From Beijerinckiaceae bacterium (GTDB lineage Bacteria; Pseudomonadota; Alphaproteobacteria; Rhizobiales; Beijerinckiaceae), in assembly GCA_947453205.1 (NCBI GenBank), contig CANGFT010000002.1, positions 55,884-119,883 on the forward strand: a stretch of DNA of 64,000 nt, given 5' to 3'. Positions 20,458-30,228 of this stretch are shown here, one piece after another (the first letter of the stretch is position 1; every line of letters starts with the position of its first letter). The position numbers and the translations under genes were made by a program. The notes beneath the pieces were generated by a model. That model was not told where the DNA came from, ran no database searches, and worked only from the letters and a program-made list of their open reading frames with translations.

Positions 20458-21483
20458 TCAGCGCTCCCCCGCCGCCATCCGCTCGATCATGCCGCGCGCC
20501 AGAAAGGACGCGCGGTCGTTGATGGTGCTGACCTTGCGGGCCTCGGGGCGCTCGATCATGCGGCGCTGCTGGGCTTCGAGGATGACGAAATCCTCGTGGA
20601 AGACGTCCACCATGACCTCGCTGAACATGCGCTCGACCTGCGGATCGTCATGGGCGAAGGCGCGGCAGAAGCCGAAGAAATAATGGCAGGTCGTGTCGGT
20701 GGCAGGCGTCGGCAGGCTGATGGCGACAAGCTCGACCCGGCGCGGACTTGCGGCCAGATCGCCCTGCGGCCCGCCATAGCCCACGTCGACGCAGCCCGCG
20801 AAATTGATGGCGAGCGCGGGAGCGCGAAATTCGACGGCCGCCCAGCGGTCGGCGTTGGCCTCGAAGCCTCCTGCCTTGGCGTACATGGGCGGGGGCGGGC
20901 GATCGAGCACCCAGCGCGAGACCCGCACATGGTTTTCGCCCGTTTCGATCACTGGCGCGACCTCGGTCAGGCCGCCGCTGCCGATGGAGCTGGCGTGAAC
21001 ATAGGTCAGATGCGTGGCGTCCAGCACATTGTCGACGATGAGCCGCGCGTCGCAGGCGACCGGAACCATGGTGGGGGTGGTGAAGGTCCAGTCGGGATGA
21101 TCGCACCACCAGAGGTCCGGAATCTCTGAGGGATCGGCGCGGGCCTGATCGCCGAGCCAGATCCAGACCCAGCGCCAGCGCTCGACCACGGCGAAGGACC
21201 GCACGGCGGCGTTGGGCGGGATCGCGCTCTGACCAGGAATCTCGACGCAGGCGCCAGAGGCGTCGAAGCGATAGCCATGGTAGCCGCAGCGCAGACCATC
21301 GCCCTCGACCTTGCCGAGCGACAGGGGCAGCGACCTGTGGCAGCACTGATCCTCCAGCGCGGCCGGCGCCCCGTCGAGGCGGCGGAAAAGGACGACGTCC
21401 TCGCCGAGGATCCTGCGCGCCAGAGGCTCGCGCCCGACCTCGCTCGCCCAGGCGGCGACATACCATGCGTTGCGTGGAAACAT
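20458..21483 (-). CDS. Rieske O-demethylase oxygenase, VanA-like
   Basis: MFPRNAWYVAAW, CCHRSLPL...CGYHG, DNVLDATHLTYVH and EDFVILEAQQ. Confidence 0.88.
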   Translation of the reverse strand: MFPRNAWYVAAWASEVGREPLARRILGEDVVLFRRLDGAPAALEDQCCHRSLPLSLGKVEGDGLRCGYHGYRFDASGACVEIPGQSAIPPNAAVRSFAVVERWRWVWIWLGDQARADPSEIPDLWWCDHPDWTFTTPTMVPVACDARLIVDNVLDATHLTYVHASSIGSGGLTEVAPVIETGENHVRVSRWVLDRPPPPMYAKAGGFEANADRWAAVEFRAPALAINFAGCVDVGYGGPQGDLAASPRRVELVAISLPTPATDTTCHYFFGFCRAFAHDDPQVERMFSEVMVDVFHEDFVILEAQQRRMIERPEARKVSTINDRASFLARGMIERMAAGER

Positions 21484-21577
21484 GAGACCTCCCCAGGCTT
21501 CGTGTCGGCGCCGATGTTCAGCATCGGTCACCCCTGATGTTAGCCCCGACGGGCGCAGGGCGCCAGAACATCCCGTC

Positions 21578-22912
21578 TTATCGCCCGGGTTTCGCTTCCC
21601 TGGCCGCGGGCTTTGGCGTGCTGACAAGACCGGCCGTCAGGGTCATGCGCGCGGGCTCCCACTGGAGCTTGGCGAGTTCGGCGCGGGCCATTTTCGAATA
21701 GTCGCCGGTGATGACCATCAGCTTGCTGGCGGCGGGCTTGCTTGCCGGCTTGCTCGCGGGCTTGCCGTCCCCGGCGTCCGGCTTCGCCGCATCGAGGCTG
21801 GCGCCGAGCGCGCTGATGTCCTGCCTGTTTTTCGTCGTCCAGAAAAGCTGGTCGGCAGGCAGGGCGAGCAAGTGACGACGATCCCTGAGGACCATGAGCA
21901 CGAAGCCATCCTGCGCCAGAAAACGCGCGAAGGCGAAGGAGCGCTTCAGGCCGGCATACATTTCGGCCTGCTGACGGTTGAGATAGGCGGTGGTGCGGTC
22001 CTGCGCCATGCTGCTCTGGCGCACAAAGACCTCCGGATCTTTCGCGCCGGTCTGCTCCAGCGCCGTCGCGATCACCAGCAGATCGGCGGGCGTGTAGTTC
22101 TTGTTGCTGAGGAGCACATCCACAAGCTCGGCGTCTGCGGTCAGCGCGGTGAGCTTCTCACGGCAGTCGCGCATGATCTGCCCGGCGGTCTTGGTGCGCA
22201 GGGCCTCCTGAAGGCCCTGGGCGGCGCCGACCGATGAGGCGCTGAACATGACGGTGCGTGTGGTCGTGGCCGTGAGGTTGGGCAGGGCCGCGCCGCCGGG
22301 CACAGCCATCAAGGCGCCGCGCAGGGAGAGGCTGCCGACGCCGCGCGCCGCCGCCAGCTCCTGCAGGCGTTTGGCGAGGGGCGGGAAATCCGTATAGGGG
22401 TCGACCTGCGCCTGCGCCGCCAGATCCCGCCGCGCGCTGTCGGTGCCCAGAACCCCGCCCATGAAGCTGCCTCGCTCGGCGTCCTTGTTCTCCCCGGATG
22501 AGGAGAGCGAATCAAAGAAATTGCCGATCCCCTGCGCCGACTGTTTCGCCGTCTCGATGGGACTGATGATGAGCTGGCCGCCAAACTTGAGGGGCGCGAT
22601 CGCAGAGGAGCCGAAGGACTGGATGAACTGCCCCAGCCCGGTGTCCTCGTTCAACTGCTCGACGACGCCCCATTCATGCAGACGAACCGCCATGAGCGCA
22701 TCGCTGACGATGGTGAAGGCGCCCGCGCTGGTCTCCAGAACATATTTGCGATGGACGCCATCGATCTCGACATCCTCGGCGATGCGCCAGGACTTGCCCT
22801 GGACGCGCTCGCCCCAGATCGCCTTGGCGGAGCCCTTCACCGGCGCCTCATCGCCCAGGGCCGCCCCGGACAGAAAACCAAGAAGCAAGGCGGGGCCGCA
22901 GAGCGCTTTCAT
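21578..22912 (-). CDS. Hypothetical exported protein immediately downstream of mlaB
   Basis: Long ORF with a signal peptide and a VDPYTD motif; no family recognised; start at 22912 or 22939. Confidence 0.65.
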   Translation of the reverse strand: MKALCGPALLLGFLSGAALGDEAPVKGSAKAIWGERVQGKSWRIAEDVEIDGVHRKYVLETSAGAFTIVSDALMAVRLHEWGVVEQLNEDTGLGQFIQSFGSSAIAPLKFGGQLIISPIETAKQSAQGIGNFFDSLSSSGENKDAERGSFMGGVLGTDSARRDLAAQAQVDPYTDFPPLAKRLQELAAARGVGSLSLRGALMAVPGGAALPNLTATTTRTVMFSASSVGAAQGLQEALRTKTAGQIMRDCREKLTALTADAELVDVLLSNKNYTPADLLVIATALEQTGAKDPEVFVRQSSMAQDRTTAYLNRQQAEMYAGLKRSFAFARFLAQDGFVLMVLRDRRHLLALPADQLFWTTKNRQDISALGASLDAAKPDAGDGKPASKPASKPAASKLMVITGDYSKMARAELAKLQWEPARMTLTAGLVSTPKPAAREAKPGR

Positions 22913-22925
22913 CGGGGCCATGCGC

Positions 22926-23246
22926 TCAGGCCTCGCCATGGGGGGACAGGATGTCCTGAAGCCCGTAGAGTTCGATGATGGCGGCGAAGGCTTGCGGCAG
23001 CGGCCGCAGATCGACGCGCATATGGCTTTCGCGCGCCTGACGCAGGAGCGAGGTCATCAGGGCGAGCGCGCTGGAATCGGCTGTGGTGACGCCGCTGGCG
23101 TCCAGCACCAGCAGCCCGCCGCCATTCAGGGGCTTCAGCCTTGAACAGATGTCGCCCACGCTGTCCATGGTCAGGGCGCCGCTGAGCCTGACATGATGCG
23201 CATCGGCGCTGATGTCATGGGCGACGGCGCCGGACGCGCTGGTCAT
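22926..23246 (-). CDS. mlaB: STAS domain protein MlaB
   Basis: LSGALTMDSV, LDASGVTTADSSALALM and IIELYGL. Confidence 0.85.
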   Translation of the reverse strand: MTSASGAVAHDISADAHHVRLSGALTMDSVGDICSRLKPLNGGGLLVLDASGVTTADSSALALMTSLLRQARESHMRVDLRPLPQAFAAIIELYGLQDILSPHGEA

Positions 23247-23830
23247 TTCGCGTTCTTCTGCTTCAGGGCCGCGATGAGGCCGGGCACGCCGGAGGAGCCC
23301 ACAATGCTGTTGAACTCGTCGCGATAGGCGGTGATGAGGCTCACGCCCTCGACGGTCACGTCATAGACGCGCCAGCCGCCCGAGGCGCTCGAGAGCGTGT
23401 AGTCGATGGCGACCGGCTTGGCCCGCCCGATCATCTGGGTGCGCACCGTGACGTCCGAGCCGCTGTTGGAGCGGGAGTCGCGCACCTGCACGTCGAGATC
23501 CCGCAAGCTGGCGAGCGCATTGGAATAGGTGCGCACCAGCAGCTTGCTGAACTCCGCCACCACCTGGCCCTGCTCCCCGCCCGAGGCGCGCGGCCAGTTG
23601 CGGCCCATGGCCATCTGGGTGACGCGGTTGAAGTCGAAACGCGGCGCAAGGCGCTGCTCCACCAGCGCCGCAAGCTGGGCGGGGGAGTTCACAAGCTCAG
23701 GATTCTTGCGGACCTGCGCAGTGACCTCCGCCGCCATGCGGCGCACCAGATCCTCGGCGCCGGCGTTTTGCGCCCGCGCAGGAGCCATGCAGAGGACGGC
23801 GAGACAAAGCGAAACGACGAAACGCAACAT
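23243..23830 (-). CDS. mlaC: Phospholipid-binding protein MlaC (Ttg2D)
   Basis: FDFNRVTQMAMGRNW, LLVRTYSNAL and WRVYDVTVEGVSLITAYRDEF. Confidence 0.92.
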   Translation of the reverse strand: MLRFVVSLCLAVLCMAPARAQNAGAEDLVRRMAAEVTAQVRKNPELVNSPAQLAALVEQRLAPRFDFNRVTQMAMGRNWPRASGGEQGQVVAEFSKLLVRTYSNALASLRDLDVQVRDSRSNSGSDVTVRTQMIGRAKPVAIDYTLSSASGGWRVYDVTVEGVSLITAYRDEFNSIVGSSGVPGLIAALKQKNAK

Positions 23831-23852
23831 GATATGGCCCTGACTGGGAAGA

Positions 23853-24560
23853 TCAGCGCGCGCCCGCAGCCTCCCGACCGGATTGCACGATGGCTGCGCG
23901 ACGCTGGAGATAGAGATTGCGGGTGAAGGCATATTTATCGAGGCTCGATGTGTCGATCAGATTGGCGTTGTCGACATTATCGGCCTTGATCTGGACGAAT
24001 TCGAGGCCGATCAGGCCATAAGACCAGGCGTCGACCATATAGGTGCGCGGGTCGGAGGCGACGCGCGCCGCACGGCCGATGGTGTCGCGGGCGGACGAGG
24101 GGCCCATGAGCGGCAGCACCAGATAGAAGCCCGGCTCCGCGCCCCAGACGCCGAGCGTCTGGCCGAAGTCGCCCTCGCCCTTCTGAAGGTTCTGCGTCGA
24201 GGCGACGTCGATGAGGCCAGCGATGCCGACGGTCGAATTGATGAGGACGCGCGAGAAATCGGTCATGGCGTCCCTGCCGCGCCCCTGCAGCAGGTGATTG
24301 GCGCCGATGAAGACGTCGTCGAGATTGCCGAAGACATTGGCCACGCCCATGCGCACGGGTTTCGGCAGCACGGTGTTCCAGATCGTCGCGATGGGCTTCA
24401 GGGCCACCGTGTCGAGCGCCTCGTTCAGGGCGAAAAAGCCCCTGTTGACCGGCTCAAGCGGGTCATTATGCGGCGCTGGGCTCTGGGCGAGCGCGCAGGA
24501 AAGGCTGGAGCCAGCGAAGAAAACCGCCGCGATGACCGCAGAACGAACGGATCGAATCAT
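23853..24560 (-). CDS. mlaA: MlaA/VacJ outer membrane lipid asymmetry protein
   Basis: DPLEPVNRGFFALN, RVLINSTVGIAGLID, DFGQTLGVWG and YLVLPLMGPSSARD. Confidence 0.92.
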   Translation of the reverse strand: MIRSVRSAVIAAVFFAGSSLSCALAQSPAPHNDPLEPVNRGFFALNEALDTVALKPIATIWNTVLPKPVRMGVANVFGNLDDVFIGANHLLQGRGRDAMTDFSRVLINSTVGIAGLIDVASTQNLQKGEGDFGQTLGVWGAEPGFYLVLPLMGPSSARDTIGRAARVASDPRTYMVDAWSYGLIGLEFVQIKADNVDNANLIDTSSLDKYAFTRNLYLQRRAAIVQSGREAAGAR

Positions 24561-25030
24561 TTCTTGTCTCCAGAGCTTTCAGCCGCCTTGTTATACAGAA
24601 ACTGCCCGATGAGCTTCTCAAGAACCATGGCGGACTGGGTTTTGATAAATCGTTCACCATCCTTAAGATATAATGAATCCCCGCCCGCGTCTAAGCTTAA
24701 GTACTGCTCTCCCAGGAGACCCGAGGTCACGATGGCGGCGATCGTATCGGTGGAGAAACGAAATTCCGGGCGGATGCGCAGCTGCGCCACCGCCTCATAG
24801 GTGTCCCGGTCGAGATGGATGGATTCGACCCGCCCGACCACGACGCCCGCGCTCTTGACCGGCGCCCGCACGCGAAGGCCCCCGATATTGTCGAACCGGG
24901 CTTCGAGCCGATAGCCCTCGGCGCTGTCGAAGCTGACGAGATTGCCGACTTTCAGCGCCATGAACACCAGCGCGACGACGCCCAGCGCCACGAAGGCGCC
25001 GACGGCGACGTTGGTTTTGGAGCGGTTCAT
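24557..25030 (-). CDS. mlaD: MCE protein MlaD
   Basis: VGAFVALG, ARFDNIGGLRVRAPVKSAGVVVGRV, TSGLLGEQY and TQSAMVLEKLIGQFL. Confidence 0.95.
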   Translation of the reverse strand: MNRSKTNVAVGAFVALGVVALVFMALKVGNLVSFDSAEGYRLEARFDNIGGLRVRAPVKSAGVVVGRVESIHLDRDTYEAVAQLRIRPEFRFSTDTIAAIVTSGLLGEQYLSLDAGGDSLYLKDGERFIKTQSAMVLEKLIGQFLYNKAAESSGDKK

Positions 25031-25815
25031 CAGTTCAACCCCCTAAACATCAGGACGGTCAGGATAAAATCGAGCGTCAGGACGCTCAAGGAAGAGATGA
25101 CCACCGTGCGGGTGGTGGCGCTGGACACGCCCTCGGCGGTCGGCGCGGCATGGTAGCCCTCGAAGACCGAGATCAGCCCCACGGCCAAGCCGAAGACCAG
25201 CGCCTTGAAGAGGCCATTGAGCACATCAAGCCGGAAATCGACGCTGGCGCGCATCTGCGACCAGAAGGCCCCGGCGTCGATGCCGATCAGCTCGACGCCC
25301 ACGAGATAGGCGCCGATGACGCCCGCGCTCGAGAAGATCACCGCCAGAATCGGCAGAGACACGAGCGCGCCCATGAAGCGGGGCACGACGACCCGCGAGA
25401 TCGGATCGACCGCCATCATGTCCATGGCGGCGAGCTGCTCGGTGGCGCGCATGAGGCCGATCTCCGCCGTGACGGCGGAACCGGCGCGGCCCGCAAAGAG
25501 CAGGGCCGTCACCACCGGCCCAAGCTCGCGCACCAGGGAAAGCGCGACGAGGGAGCCCAGCGCATCGGCCGAGCCGAACCGCTGGAGCACCTCATAGCCC
25601 TGCACCGCCAGCACCATGCCCACAAACAGGCCGGAGACGAGGATGATGGCGAGGGAGCGTACGCCGGAGAAATGGATCTCGCGCACCAGCAGGGCGCCCC
25701 GCTTCAGCCCGCGCCAGGTCCGGGCGAAGACGGCGCCGAAGAACAGGGTGGCGAGGCCGAGCCGCGCCAGCGCGCCAAGGGTGACGGCGCCGAGCCGGTC
25801 GAGCAGGTCAAGCAT
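25030..25815 (-). CDS. mlaE: MlaE permease
   Basis: VRELGPVVTALLFAGRAGSA.TAEIGLMRATEQL and GVSSATTRTVV. Confidence 0.95.
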   Translation of the reverse strand: MLDLLDRLGAVTLGALARLGLATLFFGAVFARTWRGLKRGALLVREIHFSGVRSLAIILVSGLFVGMVLAVQGYEVLQRFGSADALGSLVALSLVRELGPVVTALLFAGRAGSAVTAEIGLMRATEQLAAMDMMAVDPISRVVVPRFMGALVSLPILAVIFSSAGVIGAYLVGVELIGIDAGAFWSQMRASVDFRLDVLNGLFKALVFGLAVGLISVFEGYHAAPTAEGVSSATTRTVVISSLSVLTLDFILTVLMFRGLN

Positions 25816-26644
25816 CGGCGCCCCCGCTCCCGCTCGCCCCGCCCAGCAACTGCCGGCCATAGGCGGGGGCCGGATAATGGAAGGGCACCGGCCCGTCGGG
25901 CAGGCCATCGGCGAACTGGCGGATGAAGATGTCGTCGCTGACGCGCACCTCGGCGGGAGTCATGTCCCGGACAATGCGCCCATCCGAGACCAGCACGATG
26001 CGGTCGGCGATGCGCAGGGTCTCGTTCACATCATGGGTGACGATGAGGGAGGTCATGCCGAAGGCGTCGTTGAGCCGCCGGATCAGGCGCCCGATGATGC
26101 CCGCCGAAATCGGATCAAGCCCCGTGAAGGGCTCGTCATAGAGCATCAGCATGGGGTCGAGCGCGATGGCGCGGGCCAAAGCCACCCGTCGCGCCATGCC
26201 GCCGGAGAGCTGGGAGGGCATGGACTGCGCCGCCCCCCGCAGGCCCACGGCCTCAAGCTTCATCAGCACGAGGTCGCGAATCACGGGCTCGGGCAGGTTG
26301 GTCTGCTCACGATAGGGAAAGGCGATGTTGTCGAAGACCGAAAGGTCGGTGAAGAGCGCCCCGAACTGGAACAACATGCCCATGCGCCGCCGCAGGGCGT
26401 AAAGGCCCGGCCCATTGAGGCGGCCGACATCCTGTCCATCCACATGGACGCTGCCCGCCCAGGCGACGTTGCGCCCGCCCAGAAGGCCCAGAAGCGACGT
26501 CTTGCCATTGCCCGACCCGCCCATGACCGCAAGGATCTGGCCGCGCGGCACGGATAGATCGAGCCCGTCAAGAACCACGCGCTCGCCATAACCGAATCGA
26601 ACGTTCTTCAACTCGATGAGGGGCGCGGCAACGGGGTGAGACAA
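25808..26644 (-). CDS. mlaF: MlaF ATPase
   Basis: GGSGNGKTS Walker A, GMLFQFGALFTDL, LSGGMARRVALARAIALDP and YDEPFTGLDP; TTG start. Confidence 0.93.
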   Translation of the reverse strand: MSHPVAAPLIELKNVRFGYGERVVLDGLDLSVPRGQILAVMGGSGNGKTSLLGLLGGRNVAWAGSVHVDGQDVGRLNGPGLYALRRRMGMLFQFGALFTDLSVFDNIAFPYREQTNLPEPVIRDLVLMKLEAVGLRGAAQSMPSQLSGGMARRVALARAIALDPMLMLYDEPFTGLDPISAGIIGRLIRRLNDAFGMTSLIVTHDVNETLRIADRIVLVSDGRIVRDMTPAEVRVSDDIFIRQFADGLPDGPVPFHYPAPAYGRQLLGGASGSGGADA

Positions 26645-26749
26645 GGACGTGATCCTGTGGCGGAGGACGCCAGCCAGCCGCTCGGTGTGGAAGGGAACGA
26701 CCCTGTTTACACCCGCCGACGCTCAGGCCGCAAATGGAAATCGCCCCGG

Positions 26750-27175
26750 TCAGCGGATCGGCTTGCCCCGCACATCCTGCGCGCGCTCGATCCTGATGAG
26801 CACGCCCACGCCCGTATCCGCCCCGTCGTGGGTCGATTCGCGCTCGTTCAGCCGCGCGAAGATGGCGTCGTGGATCGGACCGCTCTCATGCAGCTCCGCG
26901 ACGCCATAAAAGCGCAGGATGCCCGATTCCAGCACCTTGTCGCGCTGCGCCTGCATGTTGCTGTAGACGACGATGACGCGGTTGTCGTGGCGCAGATTGG
27001 CCAGCGCCTGCTTCTTCGAGCGCTCCCAATAGGCGAGATGGTCGTCATCGAACAGCATCATGCTGCCCTTGGGGCTGATGTTGGGGCCATCCTCGCCGGA
27101 GGTGCCGAGCAGGCAGACATAGCCGTCCTCCCAGGCGTTGGTGATGAGGCGGCGGATGGTTTCGCTGAAAGCCAT
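26750..27175 (-). CDS. Pyridoxamine 5'-phosphate oxidase-like flavin-binding split-barrel protein
   Basis: LGTSGEDGPNISPKGS and ALANLRHDNRV. Confidence 0.75.
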   Translation of the reverse strand: MAFSETIRRLITNAWEDGYVCLLGTSGEDGPNISPKGSMMLFDDDHLAYWERSKKQALANLRHDNRVIVVYSNMQAQRDKVLESGILRFYGVAELHESGPIHDAIFARLNERESTHDGADTGVGVLIRIERAQDVRGKPIR

Positions 27176-27199
27176 GGGATGTTCCTCTGGATCGTCCGG

Positions 27200-27439
27200 T
27201 CAGACGGGCTCGTCATAGACGCTGTAGCGTCGGGGATTGGTGATGTCGTGGCTGAGCGAAATGCAGTGGGCCGGGCAATCGTCCTCGCAGAGATAGCAAA
27301 CCTGACAATCCGCGCCGTAAGCCACTTTGGCCTTGCCGCTTTGCGCATCCATGCGGATCACATCGGCGGGGCAGGCCAGCACGCAGAGGCCGCAGCCGGT
27401 GCAGGCGAGGGGGTCGATGGAGATCGCATGACCGCCCAT
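27200..27439 (-). CDS. 2x[4Fe-4S] ferredoxin (AprB-like)
   Basis: CTGCGLCVLACP and CQVCYLCEDDCP. Confidence 0.88.
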   Translation of the reverse strand: MGGHAISIDPLACTGCGLCVLACPADVIRMDAQSGKAKVAYGADCQVCYLCEDDCPAHCISLSHDITNPRRYSVYDEPV

Positions 27440-27440
27440 G

Positions 27441-29201
27441 TCACGCCCCCTTCGCCGGTTGATGCTGCGCGCTCATGATCGCGCCGATGGGGCCAAGCCC
27501 GCTCTGCTCGCCCTGCGGCTTGAACCGCACCCCCTCCTGCGGGAAGCCCTGCTTGTCGAAGGCGAATCCCTGGCCGGTCGACGTCACGCCATGGGAGCAG
27601 AACCAGGACGGATCCGTCATGGGAAAATCCTCGCGATAGAACTGTTCGCGGCTCTCCTTCCGGTCGAGGCCGGAGCGGTAGACGACTTCCGCATTCAGCG
27701 AGACGTTGCGCGCCTCGTGCCATTTGACGAGATCATGCAGATCGCCCGCCGCCGTCTCATCCAGCGCGTCCGCCACGTCGCGCGCGCCCTTCAGGAGTTC
27801 GGTGAGGCGGTTCTCGCTGAGGATCATGCTCTTGACCACGCTGCTCTCGAGCCTTGCGAGATCATCGTGCAGGCGGTCCGCGCTGCGTAAGCCCCTCGCC
27901 CGGCTCAGGGGGGCGAAGGCCTGCTCCTGCAGCATGGCGATGAGGCCCTGCGGCGCTGATTCGCGCGCAGAGCTGCGGCTTTCAAGCGCCGCCGTCTCCC
28001 CGGCGTGCCAACCCGAAACCTTGGCGAAGGCGGTCGGCGAGCCTGCGCTGGCGTGGGTGCCGGTGGCGTCGTTCTTGGCCGCCGATCCCGCCGCCAGAAG
28101 GCCCGGCAGATTGGTGCGCGCCCCAAGGTCGATCTGCAATCCGCTGCGCCCGCTCGCCCAGAGGCCCCATGTGGGCTCGATCTGGAGCGGGTTCTTGCGG
28201 GGGTCGGGCACATGTTCGGACAGAAGGATCGAGCCCCCGCGATGCAGCTTGGCGAGATCGGTCCAGTAGCTCGCGTCCACATGGCGCAGATCGACGAAGA
28301 CCGGCCCGCGCCCCTCGACGATCTCCTTGGCGAAGGCCGCCACCACATTGGAGAGCTCGCCGCGCTCGAGGCGCACGGGATCGTGCTGCTCCATGAAGCG
28401 CTCGCCAAGGGCGTTGATGAGCCGCGCCCCATGGGCGACCGCCACATTGTAGCTGGGGAAGTCGAACTTCTTCATCAGCACATTGAAGGTGCCGCCGAAG
28501 GTGAACTCCATGTCCACGAGCCGCCCGCCCGCACGGAAGGCCATGGCCACGCCGTCGCCGGTGTCATTGTCGACGCGGTGCGTTCCCTTCATCGCGATCA
28601 TGCCGGTGGCGACGATGGTGCGCTTGGCGTTGATGAAGATGAACTGGCCCGTATAGATGTTGAAGCCCACGGCGCCGATGATCCCGGCGTTGCTGGGCCA
28701 TTGGCCGTCGGCGGTCACAAGCTCGGTGACATGCACGCGGTCGAGAATGCGCACGCCCCGCGCCGTGATGCGCCTGCGCAGCTCGATCATCGCCGCCTTC
28801 GGCTGATATTGCATGCCCCGCACATCAATCATGCCGCGGCTGGCGAAGCGGCGGATGGAGCCGTCTTCCGCGCGAGAGATCGGCACGCCCCAGGCGACAT
28901 AATCCTTCACCCGCGCTTTTTGTCCCTCCAGCAGCTGATAGGTCCAGCGCTGGTCGCACATATAGTCGCCGCGCTCGATGAACTCGCGCGCCCACAGGTC
29001 GATGTCATCCGTGTCGAGCGGGCAGGTGGTGATGCCGCCCGACATGGTTGAGGCGCCGCTCTTGCTGACATAGGCCTTGTCGACCAGCGTGACGCTGGCG
29101 CCAAGATCAGCGGCGCGCAAGGACGCCCAGGTCCCGGCGAAGCCGCCGCCGATGACCAGCACATCCGTCTGCAGAACCTCGATGCTCCCGCGCATGGTCA
29201 T
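27441..29201 (-). CDS. FAD-dependent oxidoreductase of the AprA/Sdh/Frd flavoprotein family
   Basis: TDVLVIGGGFAG, TGDGVAMAFRAG...DMEF, TNLPGLLAAG and RKESR. Confidence 0.82.
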   Translation of the reverse strand: MTMRGSIEVLQTDVLVIGGGFAGTWASLRAADLGASVTLVDKAYVSKSGASTMSGGITTCPLDTDDIDLWAREFIERGDYMCDQRWTYQLLEGQKARVKDYVAWGVPISRAEDGSIRRFASRGMIDVRGMQYQPKAAMIELRRRITARGVRILDRVHVTELVTADGQWPSNAGIIGAVGFNIYTGQFIFINAKRTIVATGMIAMKGTHRVDNDTGDGVAMAFRAGGRLVDMEFTFGGTFNVLMKKFDFPSYNVAVAHGARLINALGERFMEQHDPVRLERGELSNVVAAFAKEIVEGRGPVFVDLRHVDASYWTDLAKLHRGGSILLSEHVPDPRKNPLQIEPTWGLWASGRSGLQIDLGARTNLPGLLAAGSAAKNDATGTHASAGSPTAFAKVSGWHAGETAALESRSSARESAPQGLIAMLQEQAFAPLSRARGLRSADRLHDDLARLESSVVKSMILSENRLTELLKGARDVADALDETAAGDLHDLVKWHEARNVSLNAEVVYRSGLDRKESREQFYREDFPMTDPSWFCSHGVTSTGQGFAFDKQGFPQEGVRFKPQGEQSGLGPIGAIMSAQHQPAKGA

Positions 29202-29215
29202 TTTCGCTTCCAAAT

Positions 29216-30199
29216 TCAGGGGACCGCCACGCCGGCGGCTTCGACCATCTTGGCCCAATTGGCGATTTCAGATTTGAAATAGGCCGCGGACTCAGGCTGG
29301 CTGCGATTGGCGACGATGAGGCCCATGGAGTCGATCTTCGCCTTCACATCCGGGTCTTTCAACGCTGCGTTGATCTCGGCGTTGAGCTTCGTCAGCACAC
29401 CCTCGGGCGTGCCCTCGGGCGCGAAGAAGCCGGCCCATGAGCTTGCGAGGAAGCCGGGAAATCCGAGCTCCGCGAAGGTGGGAACGTCGGGAATGGCGGG
29501 GTCGCGCTCTGCGCTGGCGACAGCGAGGCCGAGGATCTCCTTGTTCACCATGGCGGGAATGGTCGCGGCGGTCGCCGTGCTCGACAACACGCTCACGTCG
29601 CCCGCCAGAAGGCCGAGCTTGGCGGGGGCGCCGCCGGGAAAGGGAATATGCCGCACATTCGCCTTGGCGAGGACCTTGAAGAAATATTCCGCCGCCAGAT
29701 GCGAGCCGCTGCCGATTCCGGGGGTGCCGAGGAACACGGTCTCGCCCGCCTTGGCCTGCGCGAGAAGGTCGCCAAGCGACTTGATGTTCGACTTCGGATT
29801 CGAGGCGAAGGACTCGGGCGCAGAGACCGGCAGCGCCACGGGCGTCAGGCCCTTAGCCGAGAAGCCCTTCGTCTTGTAGAGCGTGTCGTTGATGGCCAGC
29901 GACGTGGTGGTGACGAGGATCGTGTAGCCGTCAGGCGCGGCCCCGGCGACGTGGCGCGCCGCGATGTTGCCGCCCGCGCCATCCATGTTCTGCATGACGA
30001 CCTGCTGGCCCAGCTTGTCGCCGAGTTTGGCGCCGATGATGCGCGCGACGCTGTCGGCGAAACCGCCGGAGGCGAAGCCGATGGTCAGCGAAATGCGCTT
30101 GGTCGGCCAGTTCTCCTGCGCAAGGGCGGGCGCCTGCGCGCAGCCGAAGGCGGCGAAGCTTAGGCAGATGGCGCCAAGAAGGTTCGATTTCATGCTCAT
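29216..30199 (-). CDS. Bug/TctC substrate-binding protein
   Basis: WPTKRISLTIGFASGGFADSVAR, GAGGNIA and PDVPTFAELG. Confidence 0.9.
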   Translation of the reverse strand: MSMKSNLLGAICLSFAAFGCAQAPALAQENWPTKRISLTIGFASGGFADSVARIIGAKLGDKLGQQVVMQNMDGAGGNIAARHVAGAAPDGYTILVTTTSLAINDTLYKTKGFSAKGLTPVALPVSAPESFASNPKSNIKSLGDLLAQAKAGETVFLGTPGIGSGSHLAAEYFFKVLAKANVRHIPFPGGAPAKLGLLAGDVSVLSSTATAATIPAMVNKEILGLAVASAERDPAIPDVPTFAELGFPGFLASSWAGFFAPEGTPEGVLTKLNAEINAALKDPDVKAKIDSMGLIVANRSQPESAAYFKSEIANWAKMVEAAGVAVP

Positions 30200-30228
30200 G
30201 CTCCACTCCCCATGATTGCGTTCTATTT

